DNA from: Lobosporangium transversale
Taxonomy: Eukaryota
Direction of reading: 5' to 3'
Assembly (NCBI RefSeq): GCF_002105155.1
Contig: NW_019028981.1
Span: 558,001 to 622,000, forward strand
DNA: 64,000 bases
Position numbers and translations under genes: made by a program. Positions 27,058 to 40,091 of the stretch are shown piece by piece. Below the pieces are notes generated by a model that saw only the letters and a program-made list of their open reading frames with translations, did not search any database and was not told where the DNA came from. Numbering within the stretch: position 1 is the stretch's first letter; each line of letters starts with the position of its first letter.

Positions 27058-28944
27058 TCAAAGATAATTAATTTCTGACTTGTTATCATTATCACCGCCT
27101 TGAGTTGCAGTGGTCGGCTTCCTTCCTAAATTCAGTCGTGTATACTCTTGCTCTGCTTCCGCATTCAGCTTGAACTGCTGGCGGTCACGATCATCATGGT
27201 ATCCTTGACCCTGGCTGTAACCATTACTACCTTCACTTGACCCATTTGGCAGTGTCGCATTAGGTAAAATAGGCGTCTCATAGATCGGAATAAGATCAAT
27301 ATATCCTCCCAGATATTCGGATTCCGGTCGCTCCATTGGTGTCTGTGATGGATTTACGGGTTCGGGTTCGGGTTCAGGCTCGTATACAGGCTCCGACCGT
27401 GCCATCATTGAAGGCTGTAAGGGTGCTGATATTGGATTTACTTCTGACACAGTTTCCGCCATAGCCGGTGGGTTTTTACGTACTTTGGGTGCTCGTCTTC
27501 TGGGCGGAGGCGATATCGGTCCTTCTACGGTATTGCTTGTTGTTGTTGTTGTTGTTGTTGTTGATGACGATGCTGCCGCTGCCGCTGCCGCTGCCGCTGC
27601 TAATGCTGCTGCTTCCGCAGGAGTCAATCCACTAGTCAATAAAGATGCTGGTGTAGTTGTAGTTGCAGATCCAGATGATACTGATGTCGAATTGGATGCC
27701 CTTGATACATTTCCTGGAACATATGTACTCTTGGGTGTATATGCAACAGATGTGGCTACGGGCTGAGGTTTTCTTGGAAATTGAGGAGGAGTAGGATATG
27801 AATCTCCGTTGGAGTTATCTGATAGTCGACTCTCTGTCCTAGGTGCAGCAGGCGAAGCTGATGACAATAACGAAGGTGCTACAGACCTAGACGGAGAGGA
27901 TCCCCGAGAAGAAGACAGCTGACGCTGTCTCTGTTGATGGTAATGCTGATACCGCTGTTGCTCATCAGAGTGTGGGTTAGAGACAACAGTTGATCCACTA
28001 ATACTACTTGGACTGCCGTTCAAATGTCTGTTCCCAGTGTTATTTTTCATCGGTCGTTCTGACGTATCGACCGTAAGCGGCGTCGTGCCACTGTCACTAT
28101 GATGATTAGCACCAACCGTACGACTACCCCGACCGCTGCGAGTATTACTACCATACCGAGACAATGCAGCCGTGGACGTTTGTGCACTATTACGGGCACT
28201 AGCAGCTTCAGCTATCGCTCGATTACTATTATTTCTCTTCCAATATCGCTCATCGTCATCGCCTCCGGCTTGAGCCCAAGCTGCTGCTGCTGCTGCTGCC
28301 GTCGCTCCACCTGCACGAGTCAAACCTGTGGGGCTACTAATGTGCATTGGCGGTTTCTCATCGTAAGGATCCAGATCAACCTCACTACCTCGTGAGTGAT
28401 GATGTCCATCAAGTAAACCATCACCATGCTTTTCTTGGACCTTGCTCTGGCGCCTTCGTCTCCTCATACAAACAATCAGTAAAATCAGTCCCACCAACAA
28501 AAGCACGCCTCCTGCTGCTGACCCCGCAATAATAGCTGTCCAGGGTAGAGATGATGAGCTGCTATTGCCACCACTTGCCGAGGAAGGCAAGGGCATTGCT
28601 GCTGATGTTGTAGCGTCTGTCGGTAATGGAGAAGGAAAAGACGTGAACGGTGCAATGGTCTGATCATGCATTGGGTCTGGTGCTGTCGATGTTGATGCTG
28701 GTGGTGTTGTTACAAGAGAAGGTGGAGATGAGGGTGGGGGTTTAGGGACTGCTTGCTTAATGGTGATGTTGGAACAAGCCGTCGCCAACTCAATTGTACA
28801 ATCATCCTTGACGGTATTGCCCTTCCGAGTAAGCACACACGTATTGGGATTGCCGCTAGGCGCCGTTGAGAAGGTGTAACGATCATTGTTGGTCAGCGTC
28901 AGATGCTTATTGGAGTCGAGCTTCACGCCCGTACATTCCGACAT
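27058..28944 (-). CDS. Single-pass membrane protein with Cys-containing ectodomain, P/S/T stalk and long disordered tail; 5' exon probably missing
   Basis: 628-aa ORF with TM segment WTAIIAGSAAGGVLLLVGLILLIVCM followed by RRRRR. No signal peptide in the ORF; a possible acceptor (CAATAG) lies just upstream. Confidence 0.75.
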   Translation of the reverse strand: MSECTGVKLDSNKHLTLTNNDRYTFSTAPSGNPNTCVLTRKGNTVKDDCTIELATACSNITIKQAVPKPPPSSPPSLVTTPPASTSTAPDPMHDQTIAPFTSFPSPLPTDATTSAAMPLPSSASGGNSSSSSLPWTAIIAGSAAGGVLLLVGLILLIVCMRRRRRQSKVQEKHGDGLLDGHHHSRGSEVDLDPYDEKPPMHISSPTGLTRAGGATAAAAAAAWAQAGGDDDERYWKRNNSNRAIAEAASARNSAQTSTAALSRYGSNTRSGRGSRTVGANHHSDSGTTPLTVDTSERPMKNNTGNRHLNGSPSSISGSTVVSNPHSDEQQRYQHYHQQRQRQLSSSRGSSPSRSVAPSLLSSASPAAPRTESRLSDNSNGDSYPTPPQFPRKPQPVATSVAYTPKSTYVPGNVSRASNSTSVSSGSATTTTPASLLTSGLTPAEAAALAAAAAAAAAASSSTTTTTTTTSNTVEGPISPPPRRRAPKVRKNPPAMAETVSEVNPISAPLQPSMMARSEPVYEPEPEPEPVNPSQTPMERPESEYLGGYIDLIPIYETPILPNATLPNGSSEGSNGYSQGQGYHDDRDRQQFKLNAEAEQEYTRLNLGRKPTTATQGGDNDNKSEINYL

Positions 28945-31081
28945 TGATGAACCGTCGTTTGTATGTTGCTATTGACGTTGATGTTGATGCTGCTAATGAT
29001 TGATTTTGGAGGGAAGAAAGAAGGGAGGAAAGCTATAGTGGATATGATAGGAAATCAGGAGTGAAAAAAAAAAAAAAAAAGCTGTTGAAAAGACGCCAAG
29101 ACAAAATGTTTGCGGTCAATGTATGGTGGTCAATCCAGAAGCAGAATTGGAAAAGAGTGAAAAGGAAGATTGAGGAAGAGGGCAATTGTGGCGCTGTGGT
29201 TAGAATGAGAGAGTAATAGAAGGCACCAAGTAAGTATTTAAAATGGAAAGAAAGGAATGGAGGGTATATCTGACAATGCCAAGGGATGGGTGAAGGAAAG
29301 GTGGTTCGAAGAGAGAGAAAAGAAAGAAAGAGAGAGAGAGAGGAAAGATGGATGGATGAACGGGAAAGCGTTTGTCTTTGGTTGGCTTTTCCCATAGACT
29401 AACTAGATCAAAAAAAAAAACCTGGAGGGAAAATGCCCCGAAGTGAGCTGAGAGCGAAACCAAATAGGGAAAAGAGGGAAAGCAGACTGCAAGGAAAAGG
29501 TTTAAGGACAAGGAGCGGATCAAAATGTCTCGTCTTCTGACACTTACACAAGCAGTCCTTTTTATAAAAAGGCTCAATTTATTCTCTCTTGAGTGAAATA
29601 TCATTTCGATTTTGGGTTACGCTTGGGTCCCCTTCGCTCTTCCTCACATACTTTTCGGTGCATTTGCCACCTTGTGTGTGAATGAGCCTGTAATGGCTTC
29701 TGTTCCGCATGCAGTCTCTGTAACGCATTGCGGAAAAATCAGGGGCAAGAAAAAAATTACTAGACCCTCTTTGGGCGTTTTGGATAAGATTTCGATTAAA
29801 ACATGTCACATCCAAATCCAAGAGGCGAAGCAAAAAAATGTGTTTTATTTTTATTCTCGAGAAATGCCCAATGTCCATACCAAGAATGAGTGGCTAAAAT
29901 GATATAAAAACGCGTGGCTCTCAACATTCCCTTCGTCTAGATCTATGCTGTCTGAACAATTCCTCTTGCCTGCTGATGCAATAGTACTACGACGTAAGCA
30001 CACAAACGATAAACACATAAATACACGACCTTCACTGCGAAAAAAAAATAAAATAAAATAAAATGTGGACAAGATAGAAAAATGTGTAATGTCATAAACT
30101 GTGTGTGCCTCGATGTCAACAAAGGACAGCTGCGCCATGTAAACTTGAGTAGAATTGTTTGTTGATGAGAAAACAATCGAAGTTCGAAGACTGAGGACCG
30201 AGGATCGAGGATCGACAGCTATTTTTGTCGTTCACTCTTTCTTTATTCTTCGCCCATCTTTGAATTTCGAGCAACCCAAACAATTACAAATAAAAAGCAT
30301 GCAATTCTGTAATGTGTGTAATCTAGCATACAAAAAAGAAACCCTACTTAAATCGAACAAAGAAGTAAACAAAAAACCAAGAGCATGAAAGAAACCCAAC
30401 TTTGCAAAAAAAAAAAAAAAAAAAAAACGTTGCTCCGAAAATAGAGATCACTTGCCTACGAATGTCAACGCCAACGCCAATGTTCATGCAAACAGTCTCT
30501 ACTTTAGATGAGGACCAACTGATCATCTATGCCCGCCCTTGCTTCGCATCTGTCTTATCTGCAAGCTGCAGTGCACGTTTCAAATGCATCATCTCAAGTA
30601 TAAAATGATTTCTTTTTTATGCCCCTGCGCATGCTTTTACTGTACTTGTCTGTTTTACAGCACGTTTACTAATACAAAAAAACCTCTAATTCATATGACG
30701 ATGTATGCTTAAAAAAAAAAAAAAAAAAAACTTTTCGATTTCTCTGTGGCGATCTGGGCTTTTACTCTTGTTATTCGTCAACAAGAGATCGCTATCCGCT
30801 ATTTCATCATTATTGTTGTGGAGCCAAGAAATGGCAGGCTTGAAAAAGATCACCTGGCTGCTGGGATCTTTTGGCCGCCTTTCAAGCCCAATCTCACACC
30901 CACTCCTTGCTTTGTTTCGCCTCTGACTACTATCTATGGTGAATATCACTTTGAAGCCTTCTTTTTTCCCCATTTTGCTCCTCTTTCACAAAAAAAAAAA
31001 AAGAGAGAGAGATTGCCTGTATCGTTTTTTCTTTTTTTTATGAATACTTTTTTTCTTTTTTCTTTTTTTTCTTCTCATCAA

Positions 31082-31758
31082 TCAAAATCCTGGAAAGTAC
31101 ATTCCAAGTTCATCAACTTCACCCGGTGGATATATTCCATATGGTTCTGCATCCTCAGGGTAATCGTCGAAATTGCTGGCATCACCATCTCCCAAGATCG
31201 TCGGCCGATAGGGTGCCTCGATCTGTCTTGAATACACCATATCCCAGTTCACGCCCTCGAACCATACATGATTCTTAATATCAGTTGCTCCTCCTTTCAA
31301 ATTTCCATAGCGCTTCGTCAGATCTGCTGTCAACAATCGCTTCAACAAATCCTTCAATTGTTGTGAAAAATGAGATGGATACCGAACCTTGCCTGTCATG
31401 ATCTTGCCATACAATTTGATATGGTCCTCATCAAAAAATGGTGGGAAGCCTGCACACATCTCAAACATTAATACGCCCATCGACCACCAATCTACTGCTT
31501 TGCCATATCCCTTTGACTGAATAATCTCAGGCGCCAAATAATCAGGTGTTCCGCATAATGTCCATGTCATGTTCTGAGGTACATGTTTTGCAAAACCGAA
31601 ATCTGTGATCTTGATATGTCCCATCGAATCCAACAACAGGTTCTCAGGCTTGAGATCTCGATAGATTACTGCGTGTGAATGTAGATATTCCAAAGCTAGA
31701 AGAACCTCACATGTGTAAAACCGAGCCACATGTTCAGGGAATCGCTGTTGTTGTTATT

Positions 31759-31799
<41 letters not shown>

Positions 31800-34768
31800 G
31801 ATCCATTTTAAAAAAAGAAAAAGTAGCGTAGCGGTTTGGTTCCAAGATAATTCAGTTACGGGTTGAATGAAGATGCATCGATAGAAAGATAAAACAAATA
31901 AGAAAGGATCATTGGTTAGTTGGTCTGTCAAGCCATTGAAGCATAATATGCAGGACAATGAAAGTTTGAAGGGAATTAGGAATATTGAACACCAATAAGA
32001 TCGCTTTGTTTTTAACAATTAGATTGCGCGGTAAAAAAAAGAAAGACATGAACTAAAAGAAAGAAGATGAGCAGGAGGGGAAGAAAATAGAAAATAGATT
32101 GCAGATGTTGATATAAGAAAAAGGAAGCTAGCAACATTTTTCTTTGCAGCTTTGTTCTTTGATTAGTACCAGGACAAGGGACTAATGAAGACAAAGGATA
32201 GCAGATATACACCATACACACAATTGCTTCTATAATCCATGCCCCATCTGGGAACATCTCATTGCACAACAGTAATCTCTTTGTACGCGTGCTCCCTAAC
32301 TTTCTCCCATTCCGTCTCCCCCTGGATATCAAAGCTCTACTATCCGTCCCCAAAAATGATGCCAGGGCAAACTGATGATGAGGTCTCTTCTTCTTTGTCA
32401 CTTTCTTCCTTTATAATGCTCATGCTTCCAATGTGTTTGGCACAAGTCTCGTCATCTTGCTCGCATGTGATGCGATATCATGAACATAAACGTGCTCATT
32501 CAAGGTAGACAGAAGAGATTACAGAAAAAAAAAAAAAAAAAAAAAAAGAGAGAAACGACGAATATCTTTTTTTTTTTTTTTTTTTTTTTTAATCTCCCGT
32601 TGCGCACACGCTCTCGCTATTTTCTCGCCTATCCTTTCATTTATGATTCCGTAGGTGATAAAAATAACAAAGATGTAGGAGAATGAAATAGATTCATGCA
32701 GACTCCAAAAACTGGGCAAGGGTTGCTCCTTGGTCATATCTCGTCCACACCTTTTCATTTTTTGTTGTACATGACATGTAGAAAGGAAATATGTAGCAAA
32801 CAGACAGCAATAAACAACAAACAAAGATGAATAGATAAAACCCAAATTCCTCTCCAAAGACAAATTTTGCTCTTTTGTTCACGACGCAATGGTGCATCCA
32901 TATTGATTTTTTCTTTTCCTTCTTTCTTCCGAAATGACAAAAAGTCAAGAGTACAAAGGGTACAACAACACAAAGTTTTGTACACTTTGTATTCAGATGA
33001 ACAAATGTTCAAAAGAAAAAAGGAGGTACAAAAAAGAAACCCCTATTCAGCCCATTCAGAACAAAATACAAATGTGTGCGTGCACGACAATCCTCAATCC
33101 CAATCATCTCTTCCCATTCTCCCACCATGCCACTTTTTCTTTATACCTCTTCCCTTTCTCCATCCCCCAAAAACCTTTTTTATTTTGTCCCGAATGCTCA
33201 AAAGTACTTCAATCATGGTATGTATCGCATGTTCATACTGAACAACTATGCCTCCCTCTCCTTTCTTGCATCACACTTCATCTCATTCTCGCACATGCCC
33301 TTGCTCCATCTTTGCACTCTGTCCTACATTCTCTCTGATGATGCCAAGTTGCAGATGTATATGTGTATAAATATATAAAATAAAACAAAACGCATGCGCC
33401 GAGAGAGATGGGCGCGTTTTGTTTTGTTATGGCAGATAAAATAGATGGTGAACATGGCTGGTGCGCGTGTATGAACAAAAAAAAAAAAAAAAAAAAAAAA
33501 AGCACAACTTCAAAGGGTGAAGGTGATGATAATGGGAGCAATAAGGATAATATTAAAAAAAAAAAAAGAAAAAAGATCTCTCGTTACCTGGCTCTTCCTT
33601 AAAACTGAAAATAACTCGCCTCCGACGACATAGTCCATGACCATATAGAGGTTCCGAACATCTTGGAAGGTGCCCCACATGTTGATCAGGAATGGATGCT
33701 CAACACGTTCGAGGATCATTTTCTCGTTATTGGTGTGCTCTACTTGCTTCAGACGGACTACCTCGGTCTTCTTGAGTACCTTCATTGCATAAAACCGAGA
33801 ATTGAATCGAGATTGAACTAGATGGACGCGACCGAAGGATCCTGTGCCGAGTGTTCGATGGATTCTAAAATCATCCAAGTTGAACTTGCGCCGGGTTGTT
33901 TGAGGAACCCGTTGCTGTACTTGTTGTTGTTGTTGCTGTTGTTGCTGTTGCTGTCTTAATTGCTCTTGTTGTTGTTGCTGTTGTTGTTGTTGTTGTTGTT
34001 GTTGAAGAAGCAACTGTTGTTGTTGCTTCTGTTGCTCTAGTTGTTGATGCTGCTCCAGCTGCTGACGCTCGGACAGAGTGGTTTCAGCAGAGACCATTTC
34101 AACTGATTGCATGCCAGAGTATAATGATGGTTGTAGTAGATGAGACTGATGAGACTGATGAGAATGAAAAGAATTCGATTTTGTTTGGGCTTTAAACGAC
34201 GTGAACAAAACACGGATAAGGAAAGAAAAAAGAAAAAAAGAAAAAAAAGATAGTGGAGAGAAGGAATGGTTCAATTGGGATTGACATGTAAAAGAAAATA
34301 AAATAAAACGCGGTCAGGTCAAAAGCTTTTATTTTTTTTATTTTTATTTTTTTTAATATTGACACGGGATTAATACTTTCGTGTCCGTTTCGCGTCTTCC
34401 TTTCATTTTGCAAGGCCAACATCATCACCCTTTCCTTCTTCTTTTTCTCCTTCCCTTTCCTCTTTCTCTCATCCTCTTCCTCCGCTTCTTTCTCTCCTTC
34501 TCTCTTCTCTTCCTTTTCATCTGTAAACTCGTTCTTTACATTTGTTCAGACCATGTAACATCTCTCCATTTCATGCATTTGTATCGTTCAATAAACACTC
34601 TCTAATTTTTGTAACCCAAAGGGGAAACATGTAACACATGTGTATCAAATACCAATATGCATTGCCAGATTTGCTTATTTGCCTATCTCTTTTTCATCCT
34701 GCTCTCATTCCTCTCTCTCTCCCCTGCAAATCGATTTTCGTGTCATCGTCCAACGGCAATGGCAACGG

Positions 34769-34800
<32 letters not shown>

Positions 34801-35486
34801 AGAACACAAAGCTGTTTTAAGAACAGACACAACGTACATGTCATAATCTTCCAACGAGCAACGAAAATGGAAAAATAAACGGGAACGGGACAAAAGGGAT
34901 GTAATCGCGTCTTTCCTTTTTTTTTTAATGTCTTTGTGTCCCCTTTTTTTTTATAATCAAACATGCATGTATCTTTAGTGTCCTATTTCACAAACAGAGA
35001 AGGGTTTTTACCTTTATGGGAACCTGAGTCTGTGTTGCCATGACGCCTTGCATTCAGAATGTCCGGTTCTACACCTTGACCTAACTTGTTCCTCTCAACA
35101 AGCATCGGTCCTACTTCATAAGCATATATTGGTGATAATGATAAGGAAGATGATGAAGATGACAACATTGAAGTTGATGTTGTTATAGAAGTTGTTGTTA
35201 ATGAAGATAATGACAAGGTTGGTGAGGAAAACAAAAATAAAGGTGAGGATAAAGTAGTTTGCGCAGCGGAAAAAAATGAAGGCATTATCGACAGTTTTTT
35301 AAACGCTGAAAACGACGTTAATGAAGCAGCTCTCTTCCTTGAGGAAGGGATAGGAAATGTGGGAGTAGGAGGGGATGGTAATGGAGAGAGTGGTGGAGAT
35401 GGGGATGGGGATGACATGGTCATGGTTGCGTGGGCTGTTGTAGTAGAAGTTATCGTGGTTGTGGCGCGTTTAAGGATCACAAACAT
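31082..35486 (-). CDS. cAMP-dependent protein kinase catalytic subunit (TPK-like); exons about 35486 or 35423-35012, 34189-33588, 31744-31082
   Basis: [61 protein letters not shown] and a terminal FPGF. The first exon is inferred from a phase-1 junction (HK/AQTK). An alternative start is ATG 34112. Confidence 0.93.
33912..34063 (-). repeat. CAA/CAG poly-glutamine tract in the PKA N-terminus
   Basis: (TGT/TGC)n on the plus strand translates to long Q runs. Confidence 0.9.
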
Positions 35487-38146
35487 AATTGGTGGACAGA
35501 TACTCCACAAAAAAGCCAATTAATAAAGTAAGAGACTGAAAATGGTGGTTTGGCGCGCAATGTGGGTTCTAATTATTAGCTTGTTCAAGAAGAGCAGACG
35601 AAAGATTTAAAGATAAAGGAGTAATGCAAAGTAAAGGCAGAAGTAGTGGAGAAGAAGGCACTCTTTTTTTTTTAAAAAAAAAAATAAAAATAAAAATAAA
35701 AATAAGAGAGAGAAAAAGAGAGACTGATTGAGAGAAAAGAAAGATGGAGAAAACAAACGACATTGCTCACGCGACAATAAATAAAAACGATCCATAGGTA
35801 CGATGGACGAAGATTCGGATGGACAAGGTTTTTTCCCCAGTGCCCAGTGTTGTTTACAGATTTGATGTTTACCAGTTTAAAGAAATGAACAGAGTATAAC
35901 AACTGCATGTCACCGGGCATATATTTCATACATGCAAAAAAGAAAAACCCCTCAGACGACCAATTGACAAATGGGGGGGTAACGACCGCTCGGGTTGAGT
36001 AAGGTTGGGTTGGATTAGCTGATGCATATGATGCCATTTGCTCCCAAACTTGGACACAAATGAATGATGGCCATCTTTTCTTTCTGACTGCACATCCAAC
36101 ACCATTGGCCAAGACAGCAACAATAGCGAATGAACTGTTTATATCAGAGTAGATTCACATCACTAATAAACAAACAAATAAATAAAAAAGATCTTCCCAT
36201 CTCTTCTTTGGCAAGATGTTGAATATTATTAATACTCTCGTTATTGTACTGCATGCATCCGACTTCACTTTCACATCCATAAAAGTACATGTGCATATTT
36301 GCTAACGAGGGCAATGAGTACAACACGAACCAAAAAAATTGGAGGGAAAAGTTGATGTAGAGAACCACAAAGACAAAGAAACATCAGGACTCTAACCACT
36401 TCCTTGTCTGTCAACTATCGCCCTCGTTTTCCCACAACACGTTAATTCGTGCGACAATAACATACTACGAGCTGTGTTTCCAACTCATCCAACTGGACTC
36501 TTTTTACTTTTCTCAACATGAAGATGTCACCATCGGGTAATACTCGGAAGCATGTAATAAAGCATGACAGCGGATACCGGCGACCTCTGTCAGAATGCTC
36601 AAGACTCATTCCTAAAGTCAATACAGTATTCATTGGAGAAGCAGCAATCGTAGGCTATGGTGAACAGAGATGGAAACTTGCAATCAGTAATAAGAATATG
36701 AGCCCGCAGCTTTTCATAGTGGCACATATTCAAGCTAATGTCGCCAGAGGATGCCTTGAAACTAGATGATTTCCCAACAGAGCTCCAGTATCCCCTTTGG
36801 TCCATCTTACCATCTCTTCAGCCTAGTAGCTTCTCGCTCTAGCCTCCCAAAGCCAGCATGCACATCACGACTATATACAATACGCCAGCACAATCCCTGG
36901 CATCCATCAAGATGAAACATGAACTGGATGTAGACCGCTCATGAGACAATTAATATTGCTCTACTGATGAAATGCCGCGATGGTGGCTGAGATTTGTGTA
37001 CTGTACAAGAAGACCGTTCGTTCAGATTAATTGGTATTTAGGCCTACCTGAATCATGTTACACGAAATCATCATGCAGGGCAGAAGTCTTTGGAATGTTA
37101 ATTTCTAACAATTTTGATGGCACCACTTCCTTCTACATTAATATTTCGTTATTATTTGAGCAATTGGCCTATATTGCTGGGTAAATTATTTTCAGCTGTT
37201 TTACTCCTCCCTTTTCCTAATATCTCTAGAACTGTTAGACATGCAGGCCGATGGATGGATCGTCAATGAGGGAGAGAGAAGGGACAAGAAGCTGGAAAGA
37301 AGCAAAAAGGAGTTCAGAAGCAGAAGTTAGGGCCGAGGTGAAGTTGTGGATGAAATGAGAGCATTTACAGATATAAGTTGGAGATATAAGATGACATGGG
37401 GAAATATCTTGTAAAATAATTGCAATATCTCTCATGATTGAAGGAAAGAAATCAAGAGATCGTCTTCAGTAATAATACTCACCCACGCTCACATTATGAT
37501 CCCTATCCATCCCAGGGAGTAGGTATTGCCCAAATTCATAATGCTTACAAATGGGATCATTGGCACAAAATTATAGTATTCCTTGATGTATCGGATACGA
37601 TTTCTTTTTTTTTCTAGCGTCGAGCATAACTATTCACTCACTCCCGACAGGATCGGTTTCTATGGCATGCAGTGGCATTATCTCGTGAATAATTTTGTCG
37701 AGAAATTTGCTTAACAGCGACATTTCTCAGTTTTCTTGTATTATAAATTAAACAACAACAATAATAATAATAATAATAAAAGACAGCGCTAGAATGACAA
37801 AAGGAATGAGGCGGTTGAGGTGTATTAGTGAATTATGAGCTGTGAATAAAGCAAGGCGAGAAAGAGAATATGCTTCTTGCATTGAGACAATAGCATGCAT
37901 CTTCAAGACAAAATCGGGCATTTCATTTCAAGATGGTCCGTGCTAATCCCTCAACGCCGATTCATCTACACATGTTACATCTTGTTCTGAAAATAACAAA
38001 CCCTTCTTCATCCCCATCATAACAAGATAACGAGCCATATTATGTCATTTTTAATGTTACAAAAAGGTGTTATATTGCTTAAGATGGACAATAAATATAT
38101 TAATATACTGTGTACTTGCTGATTAGATTTAGTGTTGGTGGGTGCC

Positions 38147-40091
38147 TTAAGCAGCGCCCATGATGATCTCGGAAGGATCTAAGAGACGCAACTTGCGAAT
38201 GAACAGCGATAACAAGAAGGCAGCACAGGCAATAGGTGTAATGCACTTGAAAATGAACTGGAATGTGTCCACATAGGTCATAACCACCATGTCTTTGATA
38301 TCCATTTGCAACAACTTAACTGCTTCGGTCGATTCTCTAATATGAAACGCTTCAAGCACCGCCTGTGCTTCCTTGGGATAGCTATTGAAGAGACTGTCTC
38401 GATGGTTGTTGAACAGCGCTGAGCACATCGCGATACCGATCCCTCCTCCAATACTGTTGAAGAATCCACACAAAGCTGTCACTACCGCCATGTCCTCCTT
38501 CTCAACCGATGCCTGAGCTGCCAGCATACAGGTCTGCAAGATCAATCCGATACCCAAGCCCACAATCAACAGGTATCCGATCTGTTCACCCATATTCGAA
38601 TCATATGCCAACAACGTGCACAGACCAACACCGACAGACATTACTGTTGTACCAATCCAGATGAAAATGCGATAATCCTTAAGCTTGGCTATCACAGCCC
38701 CAGAGGCAATTGACGAGACCACGAGACCCAAGACCATAGGCATCAAATGCAATCCTGAACTTCTCGCTCCAACCCCCTTAACGACTTGGAAATAGATGGG
38801 TGCATAAAAGATCACACCCAAAAAGGCCATGCCTGTCAAGAAATTGACTCCGAACAGTATGGTCACATTCATGTTCAAGAACAACCTTGGTGGAATGACT
38901 GGCTCGTATGCTCGGCTCTCAATCCATATCAACAGAGCTATCAAGACTGCAGCGACACAAAACAATGTGATGATCACAGGTGATCCCCATGCATATGTCG
39001 TACCGCCCCAGGTAATAGGCAACAACAGACAGATGACAGCGGCAATGATAAGTGCGGTACCCATATAATCGATACGAGCCAATTGTGTCTTCAGATCCTG
39101 GCGCTCGAATGGCAAGCGCAGGAAGATCAAGACCGAAGCAATCGTGACCACCCCCAAGGGCAAATTGATCAAGAAGCACCAACGCCAAGTGGTCTCTTCA
39201 ACAAAGACACCTCCCAACAGAGGACCGATGACTGAAGAGATACCAAAGACTGACCAAATGATGGATTGGTACTTGGGACGCTCTTCCAATGGGAAGATAT
39301 CCGAGATAATGATCAAAACAATCGATAACAGTCCAGATCCACCTAGACCCTGGATTGCTCGGAAGACAATCAGTACGGTCATCGAATTGGCTCCTCCAGC
39401 ACCTGCTGATCCAACCATGAATGTCACACAGGCAAACAGAATCATCAACTTGCGGCCAAAGATGTCACTGAATTTGCCGTACAAAGGTTGGAAAGCATCT
39501 TTTTTTTTTTTTTTTTTTTTTTAGAAGGCAAGAAAGGGAAAAAGCTGGTTAGTAAAATGACTGATTATTTATTATGTTTATTTTATTTTATTTTATTTTT
39601 GTTGCTATTGCTTAAAAGCTCAGCATCCATTGTAACATTGTTTTACTTACTGTATGTGAGTAAATAGGAGGTGGCGACCCAACTCATTTGAGAACTTGCT
39701 TGAAAGTCTGAGGCAATCTTGGGAAGAGCTGTAGCAATAATGGTACCATCTAAGCTAGCCAGGAATGTAGCCATAGCAAGTCTACATGTCCATCAAGCGG
39801 TTTTTTTCTTTGGTTAATTCCGAAGCAGCCAAAAGATTTTCTGCGCTCCATTAATTTGCAATATGGGTAAAAGATTTGTCCATAAACGTTTAGAAAGACT
39901 TACCCGATGAAGAGAAGGATTGCAGCATTACGGCTAATCGCAGGGACAGGGGGTGCAGCTCCCTGACGCTCAACATCCAGACTGTCAACCTCTGTCTTTT
40001 GAGGATTAATCTGAGGTTGTGATGAATCCTCAACTGACTTCATTTGGATTTGCTCATTTCGTGTTGATTGTGAAGATATGGATGAAGGCAT
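38147..40091 (-). CDS. MFS drug:H+ antiporter, DHA2 (14-TM) type; exons 40091-39904, 39781-39651, 39498-38147
   Basis: FLASLDGTIIATALPKI, WVATSYLL, PLYGKFSDIFGRK, FRAIQGLGG and WRWCFLINLP motifs. Junctions are in frame. Confidence 0.93.

Noticed and set aside
36400..37450. Coding-like composition between the PKA and MFS genes
   Set aside because: Only short open frames and no identifiable homology. It may be a decayed gene or transposon, but this is unsupported.
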